DNA of 64,000 nt from Proteromonas lacertae (Eukaryota): contig NGBS01000873.1 in the NCBI GenBank assembly GCA_002245135.1, positions 62,001 to 126,000 on the forward strand, read 5' to 3'. The translations under genes and the position numbers were made by a program. Of the stretch, positions 10,522 through 25,470 are shown one piece after another. How positions within the stretch are numbered: the stretch's first letter is position 1; the number at the start of each line of letters is the position of its first letter. The notes beneath the pieces are model-generated. The model saw nothing but the letters and a program-made list of their open reading frames with translations, did no database searches and had not been told where the DNA came from.

Positions 10522-12946
10522 TTAATTACCATCGTTATGTTTTCTCATCATTTCATACACTTTCTGATCATTTTTAGAGACAGATGGTTTAATATTATCT
10601 AGAGCACTCTTAAAATTATCTAATGTAATAAAATCAGGAACTGGGCCTGTTTGCTCCAAAGCTGGCCTTAAAGCAGTTAAAGTAGCTTCACGAACAAGAC
10701 TTTGTAAATCAGCTCCACTGAATCCCTATTGAATAATAACACATAAAAACATACATCACATCTTGGATCTTTAGCAATTATACTCAAATCAATTCCTTCT
10801 TCTAAATGACTATTTCTTGTTAAAGTTTTGAGGATATCATATCTATCTTCTATTTCTGGTAAAGGAACATATAATTTTTTATCCAATCTTCCTGGTCTTA
10901 ACATTGCATGATCAATCATATCAACTCTATTTGTAGCAGCAATAACAAATACTTAGAATTGAATTAAAGGAAAATAGTATATTAAAAAAATAAATGATAT
11001 ATCTCCTCTTTTTTCTAAACCATCCATTTCTGTTAATAATTGATTAACAACTCTTTCACTTACACCACTATCTCCTTTACCATTTGCATCTCTTGTTGGA
11101 CATAATGCATCTAATTCATCAAAGAATATCACACAAGGATTAGAAGCTCTTGCTCTAACAAACACTTGACGAACTATATAAAACATACAATAGTGAAATA
11201 TATATACCTGCCTTTTCAGATTCACCTACATATTTGGTCAGTAATTCTGGTCCTTTAACAGATATAAAATTTGCACCACTTTGATTGGCTACAGCTTTAG
11301 CCAACAATGTCTTACCACAACCAGGTGGACCATAAAGTAAAATACCAGCTGGCATTGAAATACCATGTTTCTTAAATATTTCAGGATGTTTAATTGGATA
11401 AACAATACATTCATTAATTACATTTCTTATTGATTTTAATGAACCAACATCTTCCCAAGTCACATTTGGTTTTGTTGCAAATCCTTCTCTTTGAGCAGAT
11501 GGTTGGACTTTCTTTAATGCTTTAACGAAATCTTCCATTAATATGTATAGTTTATCTAATTCTGATTTATCTAATGGCCCTTTATTCCTCAAATTTTGAC
11601 TTATTGATTTTCTTACTTCTATTGATACTGATCCACTTCTTGTTCTTTTCTGTGGCTTGTCCTCAATTGGTATATTATTATCTTTATCACTTGTTATTTC
11701 TAATGTTGATAATGAAGATTCTGTGGTTGTTTGTTGTGAAATTTCATTAATTATTTGACTTTCTAAAACATCTCTAAATATTCTATTTACAGCTATATTT
11801 CCTGCTTCATTTCTATATATATATATATATAACAATAAAAAAGAATATAATATACACTAAAGATACTAAATCTGCCCCAACATAACCAGCTGTTTGAAAT
11901 GCCAATTCATCAAAATCAATTGAACCTTCAATCTTCAATTTTGAACATAATTTCTGTAATATCTTCAATCTTGCTTCTTTTGTTGGAACTCCTAAGCATA
12001 TTTCTTTATCAAATCTTCCTGGTCTTCTTAAACCATTATCAAGAGCATCAGGACGATTAGTCGCTCCAATTACTATCACTGTTTTATTGTCATTTTCATT
12101 ATTACTATCACTATTATTATTGTCTTCTTTACTAACTAGATTATCCATACAACTTGACAATTGAGCAACAATTCTAATATCCATTCCTCTTTGTGATTCA
12201 CCACGTTTTGTAATAATTGCATCTAACTCATCTATAAATAAAATACATGGAGCTATTGATTTTGAATATTCAAATAGTGTTCTTAATTTTCCTTCACTTT
12301 CACCACTCATTCCTGAAACAATTTGTGGTGCAGAGATACTTACTAATGGAACTTGTAGATTTCCAGCTATACAATGTGCTAATAATGTTTTACCACAACC
12401 TGGTGGACCATAGAGCAGAATACCATGAGGTGGCTCTGTTCCAATCTCCTTATATATTTCTTGATGTGTTATTGGATATTCTATCAATTCTGTTACATCC
12501 TGTATTACATCATCTATTCCAGCTAATGAATCATAGTTCTCTGTTGGGATTTTAGTGAATTTTTCATACTCTGCGTATTGGCTTACAGGTCTATACATTA
12601 TAATTATACATAATACCTTAATGCAGTATCTGGTTTATTTGATCTAGGAGTCATCGAGTCTATTGGCATGTTATTAGCCGATCGAGGCCTTTTTGCAGGG
12701 TTTTCAACAGCTGATTCTGCTTCTTTAAGTAACTCAAGATGATATTCTATTTTTTTGATTGCACTATTTTGAGGCGCTCTTTTTAATCTAAAATATGAAA
12801 TTATTTTGATTATACTCTCTATCTCTTGAAAATACAAATTGCTTTAAGTCTTCTAAATTGGTTGGTTTACCTTCTAAGCCAGACAAATATTCTTTTATTA
12901 TAGCTAAAAGCTTTGTATCTGTTCTTGGAGGCTTTTTACCAGACAT
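10522..12946 (-). CDS. NVL: NVL/Rix7 type II AAA+ ATPase (60S biogenesis)
   Basis: Two AAA modules with GPPGCGKT. The motifs [28 protein letters not shown] and [15 protein letters not shown] are characteristic of NVL rather than CDC48. Several short introns. Confidence 0.9.
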
Positions 12947-13068
12947 GAAATAATCAATTCAAAAAATATATTCGTTACACTCAATACAATATAACAATTA
13001 TTCTTTTTATTGATTTTAATAAACTCGACATTTTTATAAAAATAACAATATATATTAAAAAAATGAAG

Positions 13069-13658
13069 TTAATATGTGTCTTTTGCTAATTTCATTAATT
13101 GGAATGGCTTTAGTATATTTTCTTTATTTGTCTCAACTATTGATCCACTTAATACCATTTCATCTAATATCATATGAACTTTTTCAAAATTAAATAGAAT
13201 CTATTAATAAAAACAATTATAAAATATAAGTAATCATACATCCATTTCAGTCTATTTAAATATATTAGTAAATATAAGTAAGAATATATAAATTATACAA
13301 CTTGGCCAAAATATGCATTTAAGGTTTCTACATAAGTTTGTATAAATTCAAATATTCCTAACTCGTTCTATGGGTTATAAAATGTTTTAAACATTTATAC
13401 CTCTCTATCTTCCGGTCCTACACCAACAATAAAGAATAAAGCAGCGTATCTTCTATATATTATTTTGTATCCGTGCATATCAAAAAATAAACACTATATC
13501 AATTATATAGTGAATAATACTTGTTTTGGACCACGTGAAACACATCGTCTAACTACCTCAGCTTCATATTGTGCTCTTTGCTCTTGTGACATGAATTCAT
13601 AGTATTGTGACAAACGACTCTGACCTTGTAAATTTGCTATGATGAAAAATTTTATCAT
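13069..13658 (-). CDS. AP4S1: AP-4 complex sigma subunit (not in ORF track)
   Basis: Spliced product MIKFFIIANLQGQSRLSQYY...KIIYRRYAALFFIVGV...NELGIFEFIQTYVETLNAYF...KVHMILDEMVLSGSIVETNK. Includes a 12-nt exon at 13240-13251. Confidence 0.85.
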
Positions 13659-13824
13659 ATTTTGAATTAAAAAAAGAAAAGATAAAAATTGACTGCAGAA
13701 TCAGATATGAATATGACGTGAAACGAATATATTTTTGATCATTGTTTATTTTTCTTTAATATACTCCAATAACGGACTCACAAAGATTATTTATAAAAAT
13801 TAAATAAATACCGACAAAAATCTT

Positions 13825-14843
13825 TCAATATATACCATTATCTTCATTCCAACTATGTGAACATTTTTGACACGTTAATTTCACTATCATATCAGGTGTA
13901 TCTTTACTACCCCAAGTTTCACCCTTTGGAATATCTTTTGGTGCTTTTATATACACATAACTACAGTCATTACAACCACATTTTGGACATGTCACTTGCT
14001 TAGTTTTATTTACTTGCTCTTTTACTATTGGTAGTGAATTATCACCCATTTGTTTTAATTTAATTTTAACTTTTTGATCCAACATGTCTTCGTTACTCAT
14101 ATTCACTATTTGACTTGTATCAATCTCATTGTTGAGTATAATCTTATATAATGTTGTGTTGGATTTATTATCAATTTGCATTTTTAATGATCTGAAGAAT
14201 CTCCTATAATTCTATTTATATTAATAATTACAATATATATACATCATCATCTGATGATCTATATTTAATAAATAATTCTTCTTCTATTCTATCAACTCTT
14301 TCAGTTATATCAGAATCATTGATATTTTCATCATCACCTGTTATTCTGTTTTTCAATGATTTTACTAATTTCTCTCTAACATTCTTTCTCACATCTTCTC
14401 CAGTTGATAGTTTATTGGATTGGCTTTCTGTTTTTAAACGCTTTACAGGTGGAGTAGGAGGAGGTTCATTATCTTCATTTTGTTGTTGTTGCTGTTCTTC
14501 TGCTTCTTGATTTATTTCTGCAGATAATTTCCATAAGTTTGCTGGAACTGTATCTGTTCTTTGAGTTGCATCGTAAGTATCCTCATCATGAATTGGCTTT
14601 TTCTCTTCTTCTAGTAATTCTTTCACTAAATCACTTTTAATTCTTTCTACGAACTAAAAATATAAATAGTATATATTATACTTCTGTAACTTCAGGTTTA
14701 AATTGTTTATATATTTTTTCATCAAATATTACAGCATTTGAAGGATGAGTCCAATGTATTGTACAATAATAATGTAAAAGACATATGTATTTATCGCAAC
14801 ATTTTATACAAGCATTATCTTCTTTGCAAACAAAACATTTCAT
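13825..14843 (-). CDS. TFIIS-like paralog: Cys/His N-terminal finger, TFIIS central domain, atypical zinc ribbon
   Basis: VRKNVREKL...RIEEELF central domain. C-terminal CPKC...CQKCSHSW ribbon lacks RSADEP. Two introns join three ORF-track fragments. Confidence 0.7.
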
Positions 14844-14909
14844 TTGTAAAGTCCAAAATGAAATAATACAGTGTATTTTGTATATACACATGTATTAATT
14901 ATTTTTCTA

Positions 14910-16377
14910 ATGAATGAACTAAATAAGCTAAATGAGACAAAAAAAGAACAAAAAATATTAATCAATGAAGCTAATGCAGCTGTTAAATCACACATTCTTA
15001 GGTTACAAATTGAATTTTCAGAAAAGACATGCAGTTTAGAAGATATGCAAGTAATATTTGAATATTTCCAAGTATTAATAGAGTTAAAATTATATTTTAT
15101 AGCCTTCAGATTATTTAGGATTAGTAGAAGAAAGATCGGTTGATTATAATGCATGCGGCTTTCCGTTATGTCCAAATCATATAAAGAATAGAGAGAAAGA
15201 GTATTATACTAATTATTTGTTTTATGTTTAGAGATACACTTTATACTTCACTTCATCCTGAAGTTAAGATAGAAGAATATATACATTTTTGTTGTAGTGA
15301 TTGTTATAAAGTATTTATATAAATTTTTTAAATCTATTAGTCATCAAAAGAGTTTGAAAAATCATTGGATAATGAACCATACAATCTCAGAAAGAAAAAC
15401 ACTAGAAAACATTTTACAATAAAAATACCAAAGCATTTAAAGAAGAATATACCAACAGAAAAGCCAAAAGTAGAAGAAGATCAATTGAAGTTCGGTATAA
15501 TTTATGTTAAACCAAAAAATCAACCAAAAGAAAAAGAAAAAGAAATAAAAGAAAAGACAAAACAATTAAAAGAAGAACAACCATTACCAAATCCTCCAAT
15601 ATTAGAAATTAAAGAGAATAAATTACCAGCAAAAGTAATAGAAAAAGGAATAGAAGATTTAACCATTAATAATGCTGATGAAGATGCATTTAAAGTTGAC
15701 AATTATCAACCAAATGTATATATATAATCATTATTAATTTTTGTGTAAATTAGATAAATAAACAATTTGATATTTTTCAACCATATGTACCAATTAAAAT
15801 ATCATCTGATTTGGAAAGTTTTTATAATTTAATTCCAATGAGAACTAGATTATGGGATTTCTTATCATCATTTAAGACTATTTATACTGAAAGATACTTA
15901 CAATCTCCTGAATTAAAGGATTTTATAGTTCCTAATATAGAAATTAAATTTGATAATGATAATGATAAAGACAGTGGTATGGAAAGTGATGATAATGAAG
16001 AAGAAGTAGTAGAAGAAGAAGATGATGATAAATATTTAAATGTCCCAGCTGAAGATGTTAGTACAACAAGAATGAACGCATTATCTTCAAAAATTGAGCC
16101 ATTCTTTGATAAATGTATAACAATATACAATTTAACTGTAACTAAAGTCAGTTTTGCTTTGTGTATCCAAGGACTGTTGAGAACATTCAATTATTATAGA
16201 AAAATTATGGATATGAATGATAATGAAGTATTTTTAACATGTCTTGTATTTACTGAAGCAATATGTAGAAAGGGATGTTCTGAATCGCAACAAGTAGAAG
16301 ATTTGTTGAAATCGTGCAAAATGAGTTATGAAGATTTCATAGACTTATCAAAATTGTTATATAGAAGTACAGAATAA
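14910..16377 (+). CDS. RPAP2: RPAP2/Rtr1 RNA polymerase II CTD phosphatase-like protein
   Basis: Exons missing from the ORF track encode DYLGLVEERS...CGFPLC...FCCSDCYKSSKEFEKSL, the Rtr1/RPAP2 zinc-binding signature. Confidence 0.8.
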
Positions 16378-16413
16378 TAATAATAATAAGTTTTGTTTTT
16401 AATATGTAATTGT

Positions 16414-18744
16414 TTAATTGAAGGTAAATATATCATCATTAAACCAATCAGTATCATTTGCTTCAACTTCATTCTTTGTAATTGATGAAACTGTGCTTTT
16501 CTTGGTCTTGCGTCTCTATATAAACGTATATACAATAATATATAAAAATATACTGTCTTTTGAATTGAACTTCTAAATTGTCTCTTTTCTTCAGTTTTAC
16601 TTGTTTCTTCAATTGTAGGTTGTTTAACAATAGGCTGTTTTCTATATATTCTAACACTCTTATTGGTATTATAAATGCCCATTTTACCAATACTTTCTTT
16701 CTTTAATAATAATTTATCTTCTTCTTCTTCTTCCTTCTTCTTTTTCTTCATTTCATACTGTTGTTGTATCAATTTGATTCTATTCCTAGCTCTTTCATTA
16801 TATCCTCTTTGTATTTCTTCTCTCATTTTAGCACCAGTATCTTCAATAACTTTACATTTTCTGATATGTTCTTCTTCTATACTTTTCATATCATTTTCTA
16901 CCTTTCTTTCTATTTCTAACTTCATTTCTTCAGTTAATTCAATAACCATTTCTTCTCCACAATCATCATCATTTTTATTATTACTGCATTTCTTGGCAAT
17001 TTCGTTGATTTGTATATTCAAATTCGATATTTCTTCATTTAACAGTTTTAACTCATTTGATTTTGCTTTCAATATTTCTTCATTCTCTATAATCTCTTTT
17101 TCTATTCTTTCTTTCTCTTCATTGAGTTTATTATATTCTAATGACTTCATTTGATTCTTTTCTTTTTCCTTCTCTTGTTTTTGTTTAATTCTTTTCATTT
17201 CATTTATATCAGCAGTCAATTGGTTCTTATATTCTATCAATTCACTAAAACATTGTTCTTCCTTGTATAATGTAGTTTTCATTTCTTCTTGTTTATTGTT
17301 TTCTAATATCTTATTCTCTATTTGTTGTTCAATTATAAGGATATTATTATCTAATAATCTTTCATTCTATTCCATAATAATATAAACATATATAATAATA
17401 CATTTTCTATTTCAGTCAGTATATTCAATACATTCTCATTCTCCATCTGTTGTTTTTCAATCTCTTTGGTTAATTCACTATACATGTAATAGTATAATAA
17501 CTATATAAATACTTTATCTTCAATATCATTGATTCATTTTCTATACTCATCATAGTTTCCTGTTCTTTGAATTGATTTAACTTCATCTCATTTTCATTGA
17601 TTATTTGTCTCATTTCATTCACTTTATTATCATATACTCTCAACTCTTCATTTAACATACCATTAACATTGGTTAATTGTATTTTCTTCTCTAATAACAT
17701 ATTATTATCATTTTCATCACTTAATAACTGTTTCTGAGTTTTATTCATCTCATTCTCTAATGATTGTATTTTATTCATATTATTATTCGATTGTATTTCC
17801 ATTTTCTGTATATATTCATTACCTGCTGATAATTGCAATTGTTTTGTATTTTCATCTTCTATAATTCTCTTATTCTCATTCATTAAAGTATTATTAAGTG
17901 ATTTATACTCAGTCTTGAGGTTAATATTCTCATTTTCTATTAATAAAATACTACCAGAAATATTTATACGATATTCTTTCAACTTATATTCATAATTACT
18001 CAATGTATTAGTCATTATTTGTATTTCTCTTTCTAGAAATTGTATCTTATCAGTATTTTCACTAATGATTCTATTATAATTCATAATATCAGTCTCATAA
18101 ACACTAATTACCTCCAATTTACCTTTTATATCTTCATTGGACATTAAATATTTCTCTTTTACTATGTCATTATTAGATTTAAATCTATATTTATTATACA
18201 TGTTTCTAAGGAGGTTTTTATACTATCAACTTTATATTTGTAAGAATTGAGTTTTTCTTGATATTTATCATTCTTAAGTGATAATAGTGAATCAACTGAT
18301 GATATTGTTTGACGAGTTTTCTCAATGTGGTTTGAATATTGTATACATTGAAGGACTGAAGCTTTAACTCTTTCATACCTTTTCTCTAATTGGCTCAATA
18401 CATCATCAAGTGAATTTATTCTGGAATCCATCAACGCATTCTTTTCTCTGAAAAAATTAGTGATATAAACCTACATTAATGAACTGTTTTGGGTTTTCAA
18501 TGAATAGACGACATGCTGCGCTGCTTTAAATTGCTCTATAAAGTCATTAACGGGATTATACGTTTTTTTGATTCGAGTAGTTTAGTCTGATTTAACATTA
18601 GATAAATATAAGTACCGATTTAATCAACTGTATTTTGGAATCCATATGGTTCTGCAATACTCTTTCAGCCTGTTTTCTTAATTCTGAAGTTGATGTCTTT
18701 AGTTTCTTAGTTTCACACATCGGATTGGATGCTTCCAGAGTCAT
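16414..18744 (-). CDS. Long coiled-coil protein with basic tail ending DWFNDDIFTFN
   Basis: Several E/K/N-rich heptad ORFs joined by short GT-AG introns. The last exon reads RRKTKKSTVSS...DWFNDDIFTFN*. Confidence 0.7.
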
Positions 18745-18770
18745 TAGATAAAGAAAAAGCGAATGAACGC

Positions 18771-18830
18771 TTTTGAAACACCTTTGAAGTTTGCATTTTA
18801 GGAATTGGCGCGTGAATATTTAAATTCAAA
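18771..18830. promoter_or_regulatory. Candidate E2F plus CHR-like elements in a divergent promoter
   Basis: TTGGCGCG at 18805-18812, flanked by TTTGAA/TTCAAA copies at about 18772, 18783 and 18825. Confidence 0.3.
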
Positions 18831-19033
18831 TTCTAAGCTCTAAAAAAGGATCTTGTTGATCTGTTTAATAACTAATACATGAAGTTGATACTACTCATAC
18901 TCATAAATGCATTGATACCATAATTAATCCCATTTGACATTAATAAGATTATTAAAGAAGCAAAAATATAATTTGGTGACAAATTATCGTCAAACTTTTT
19001 CGATTTATCATTTTTTCTAAAATAATAAGAAAG

Positions 19034-21810
<2,777 letters not shown>

Positions 21811-21936
21811 ATATATTTTTATTTTTTGTGACTTTTTTATCACACATATGTAATAATAATAATAAAAACTTTTTAATTAGTAAATAGATATTATTATGAT
21901 TATATTCATGTATGAATAAGGGACTGTTTTTATAAA

Positions 21937-23560
21937 TTACTGATTGTCGTCTCCTGTAGACTTTGGTACTGCATCAGGTGGTGCATCTTGAATTAAATCT
22001 AGTAAATTATCTGCATAATGTGGATCATAGTATGAAATTACTTCAGGTGGGAATAATGCTGTTATTTCTTCGACTAAATCACCTAATAAATCTAAATTAT
22101 CTCTTTTCAATTCCTGTACATATGATAAAGCACCACTTACAACGAATTTCTTTTGGTATTCTTTATTTTTGGGTAAAATCACTGTCAATTGTTTCAATAC
22201 ATACTTTTTGATAGATACTGGTGCTTCTTGTAATATTGGCTGTAATGAGTCCAATGTCATACACTTCTCAAGTATAATTTTCAATGCATGATCAGTTTTG
22301 TGTTGTAAATCCTCAGAAATACCTTCACACATATTTACACTTACTAATACCATAACACATTCACTATCTAACAAATACCTAGTGTGGTCCGGACTGTGTC
22401 TTCCTAATTGGCCAAGTGTCCAAGCACAAGCTGCTTTCATAAAATCTTCTGGACTGTCACAAAGTGTTTTCTTAATAAATGGCAATACACCTGTCACTAA
22501 AAAGTTCATTGCCAAACTATCGTTGAATGCTGCGATATATCCTACAGCCATAATTGCAGGTAGTTGTGTTAATCCATTTGTATCTTGAATAAATGATACA
22601 ATTGGTTCACAAGCTCCTTTCTCCATAATTAGCTTAGAAAACTCTAATGAATGCTTTGCTATTTCTCTTAAACATGTCACTGCATTTCTTCTTACATAAA
22701 CATTCTCTACTTTTAAGCAATCAATCAAACCATCAATTGCACCAGATTGAACAACAGCTTGAGCCAAACTTGGGTTATGCTTGGCAATTTGGGATAATAA
22801 AGTACATACTTGTCTTCTTATACCCATGTCTTGATGCATTAACAATGGATTAGTGAATTTCAATGTTTCATTATTGACCACTTGTTGTGCTAATTCTGCA
22901 TTATGTTTAGCAATATCTCCTAATACAGATGCTGCTATTCTTTTCAAAAATATTTCTGGTTCTTGAAGACATCTTACTAACCAAGCTACAGCTTCAGTAT
23001 CGCATATTGGTTGAGCTGTATTAGGTGAATGTTGTGCTATATAACCTAAAGACCATGCACCAGCTTCTTTAACTGTAGGATCTAAATCTTGAAGTAAAGG
23101 AACAAGATTTTCTAATGTACCCGATTTAATAATTTTTGTTGCTAAATCTGCATTGTGTCTAGCTAATGAACGAATAACAAATGCACCTGCTTTACGAGTG
23201 TAAGTCTATTGAATAAAAATAAAGACAAATATGAAAATACATTCTTTGATGCAAGTGTATTGTTGATATGTGGTAATAAATCAGCAGAAACAATTTCGTT
23301 TGAAAGTGATGGACTCTGAGATGCAAGTCTTCCCATTGCGAGTGATGCTGTTTGTTGTATACTTGGAACAACATCTTTTAACAATGGAACAACTAAACTT
23401 AACACTCCTGCATTTAGTAATAAATCAACAAAAGTATCTTTTTGAGACAATTCTGCAACTCCTTGAATAAAATCAATTCTAGCTCTTTGATATTTCTCAA
23501 ATAACTATAATAATATATTTTTACTATTGCAATACTGATAGAACAGGCAGTATGAGACAT
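21937..23560 (-). CDS. SPAG6: SPAG6/PF16 armadillo-repeat central-pair protein
   Basis: LFEKYQRARIDFIQGVAEL, DVVPSIQQTASLAMGRLA, KRIAASVLGDIAKH, WTLGQLGRHSPDH and FPPEVISYYDPHY match SPAG6 along its length. Exon 1 needs one base removed at about 23546. Confidence 0.9.
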
Positions 23561-23677
23561 TTTTCAAATTTAAAACGGATTACTGTAATTTACCAAAAGT
23601 GACAAATGGTGTTAGGTATAATAAATAAAACTAATCAAATTTGCATTAGTTGAGTTATTGTGCTTAAAAGAAAGACA

Positions 23678-24376
23678 ATGCCAGTATATATAACGACATA
23701 TAATATCTCAATCATTAACTGTTATTATGATCTATATTATAAGACTATATATTCCCACTCTAATCCTCATTTTTGAATTATACTTATTTTATAGCTCCGT
23801 CAATTTCAAGTTGTTGGTAGAAAGGTTCCAACAGAACAAGAACCAAATCCAGAAATCTACAGAATGAAAGTGTTTGCTCCAAACGATGTAACTGCAAAAT
23901 CAAGATTCTGGTACTTCCTTCATGTATTACACAAGTTAAAGAAAGCTACAGGTGAAATCTTATCAGTAAATGAAGTATAGATCCATTAATTAATAAATCG
24001 TTATAGATCTATGAAAGAAAATTAGGAACTGTAAAGAATTATGCAGTATGGTTAAGATACAATTCAAGAAGTGGATCACACAACATGTACAAAGAAGTAC
24101 GTGATGTAAGTTTAACACATGCAGTTCAAGCAGTCTGTATAATAGCTAATTTTATTTTAAATAGACAACGAAATGGCTAGCAGACATAGAGCACGTGATC
24201 GATCCATCCAAATCATCAAGACAGCCGTATTACCAGCTAAGAAATGTGTAAGACCAGCCACACACACATTCCACAATGCACACATTAAATTCCCATTAAC
24301 CCACGTCAGACCACGTAGAAACCACGGTTGTGAAGCTACCTTTGTTGCTCATCGTCCACATACATTCAAACATTAA
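23678..24376 (+). CDS. RPL18A: 60S ribosomal protein L18a (eL20)
   Basis: [16 protein letters not shown]...AKSRFWYFL...[17 protein letters not shown]...EMASRHRAR. Three introns (110, 32, 28 nt). Confidence 0.96.
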
Positions 24377-24485
24377 ATATGAAGGAAGATAATCGATTTA
24401 AGCACTTAACTGGCATTATTAAATATGTTTTTTTTTTTGATATATAAAAATAACAATGGACAAGAAAAAAAAACTAATTAATAAT

Positions 24486-25364
24486 TTAAGAAAAATAAGA
24501 CATTAATTTCCCTAACAATGTAGTTTTGCTCTTTTTTGCTGGTTTTAATATGCTGTCTGGATCTACTGAATATGGTCTCTTAATTTTCTGTGGTGGTTGT
24601 ATTGGAATTGTTTCAATCGGTTTAATTATATGTGCAGATGTAATAGGATTAGCAGAATCAACAGGAAATTGTATATTTTTAGTTAAAACTACTCCAATCA
24701 TATATTGTGGCTTTTCTCCACAAAAGGTACCATTATATATCAACACTCTTTTTGCTTCTTCTTCTGATGAATATTTTATCGTTACATAATTACTGTTGGA
24801 AGTTGATACATCTAAAACATCCCCGAATTGTTTGAATTTGTGTACAATATATTCACAACTATTTGTATCTGAAGGAAAACCAAAGACTGTAACTGATGTT
24901 TCATTTGTGATATTAGGAAAACCAACTGGACGACTTTTAGATGATTTTGAAGGCGAAGAAGAACTATTGGATTTAGTTTTTCTTTGTTTTGAACCTACTT
25001 GAAACAAGGAATCAACTGGAGGTATTTCATCAAAAGAATTACCTTCTGGAATATCATCAAGTGGTGGAACATTAGCTCTATTAGGCGAAGAATATGGATG
25101 TCCTTTCATAAATGGTGTGTGATTGGCTGAAGAACTCTCACTTGCTCTCTAATGAAGAATTATAATTACTACAATACTCGTCTAGGTGAATATGATCCAT
25201 CCTTTTGTGAAGATGATTTTGACATATTTGACTCTCTTCTAATAACATTAATAGCAAGAAATATACCCATTTGAAGAGTTATTCGCAAAAACTCTGTTGT
25301 TCTTGCTTAGATTTGATAAAGGTGTGAAGAAGGTTGGCTTTATTCCAACTGTCGGCTGGTCCAT
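24486..25364 (-). CDS. NUP35: Nucleoporin Nup35/Nup53 (MPPN RRM)
   Basis: VTVFGFP...FKQFGDV...NYVTIKYSSEEEAKRVLIYNG...MIGV plus a C-terminal amphipathic helix LLGKLMSYFS. Two 5' introns. Confidence 0.82.
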
Positions 25365-25470
25365 CAGACAAAAACTAAAAATTTAATTTATGCAAGTAAA
25401 GTAATTCTTTTCTTTGATTTAGAACCAAAAAATAGAAACTGAACGTATCTTTTTTGTTTTTAAATAAAAA

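Noticed and set aside
16675..17154. S/F/L-rich antisense ORFs (also 2151-2420, 15882-16190, 21264-21521, 39176-39562 and similar)
   Set aside because: These are mirror frames of E/K/N/Q-rich coding sequence on the other strand.
23606..23683. Upstream ATG and possible extra intron before RPL18A
   Set aside because: The spliced frame is out of register with L18a and may lie upstream of the TSS in the shared SPAG6/RPL18A promoter; it cannot be supported without transcripts.
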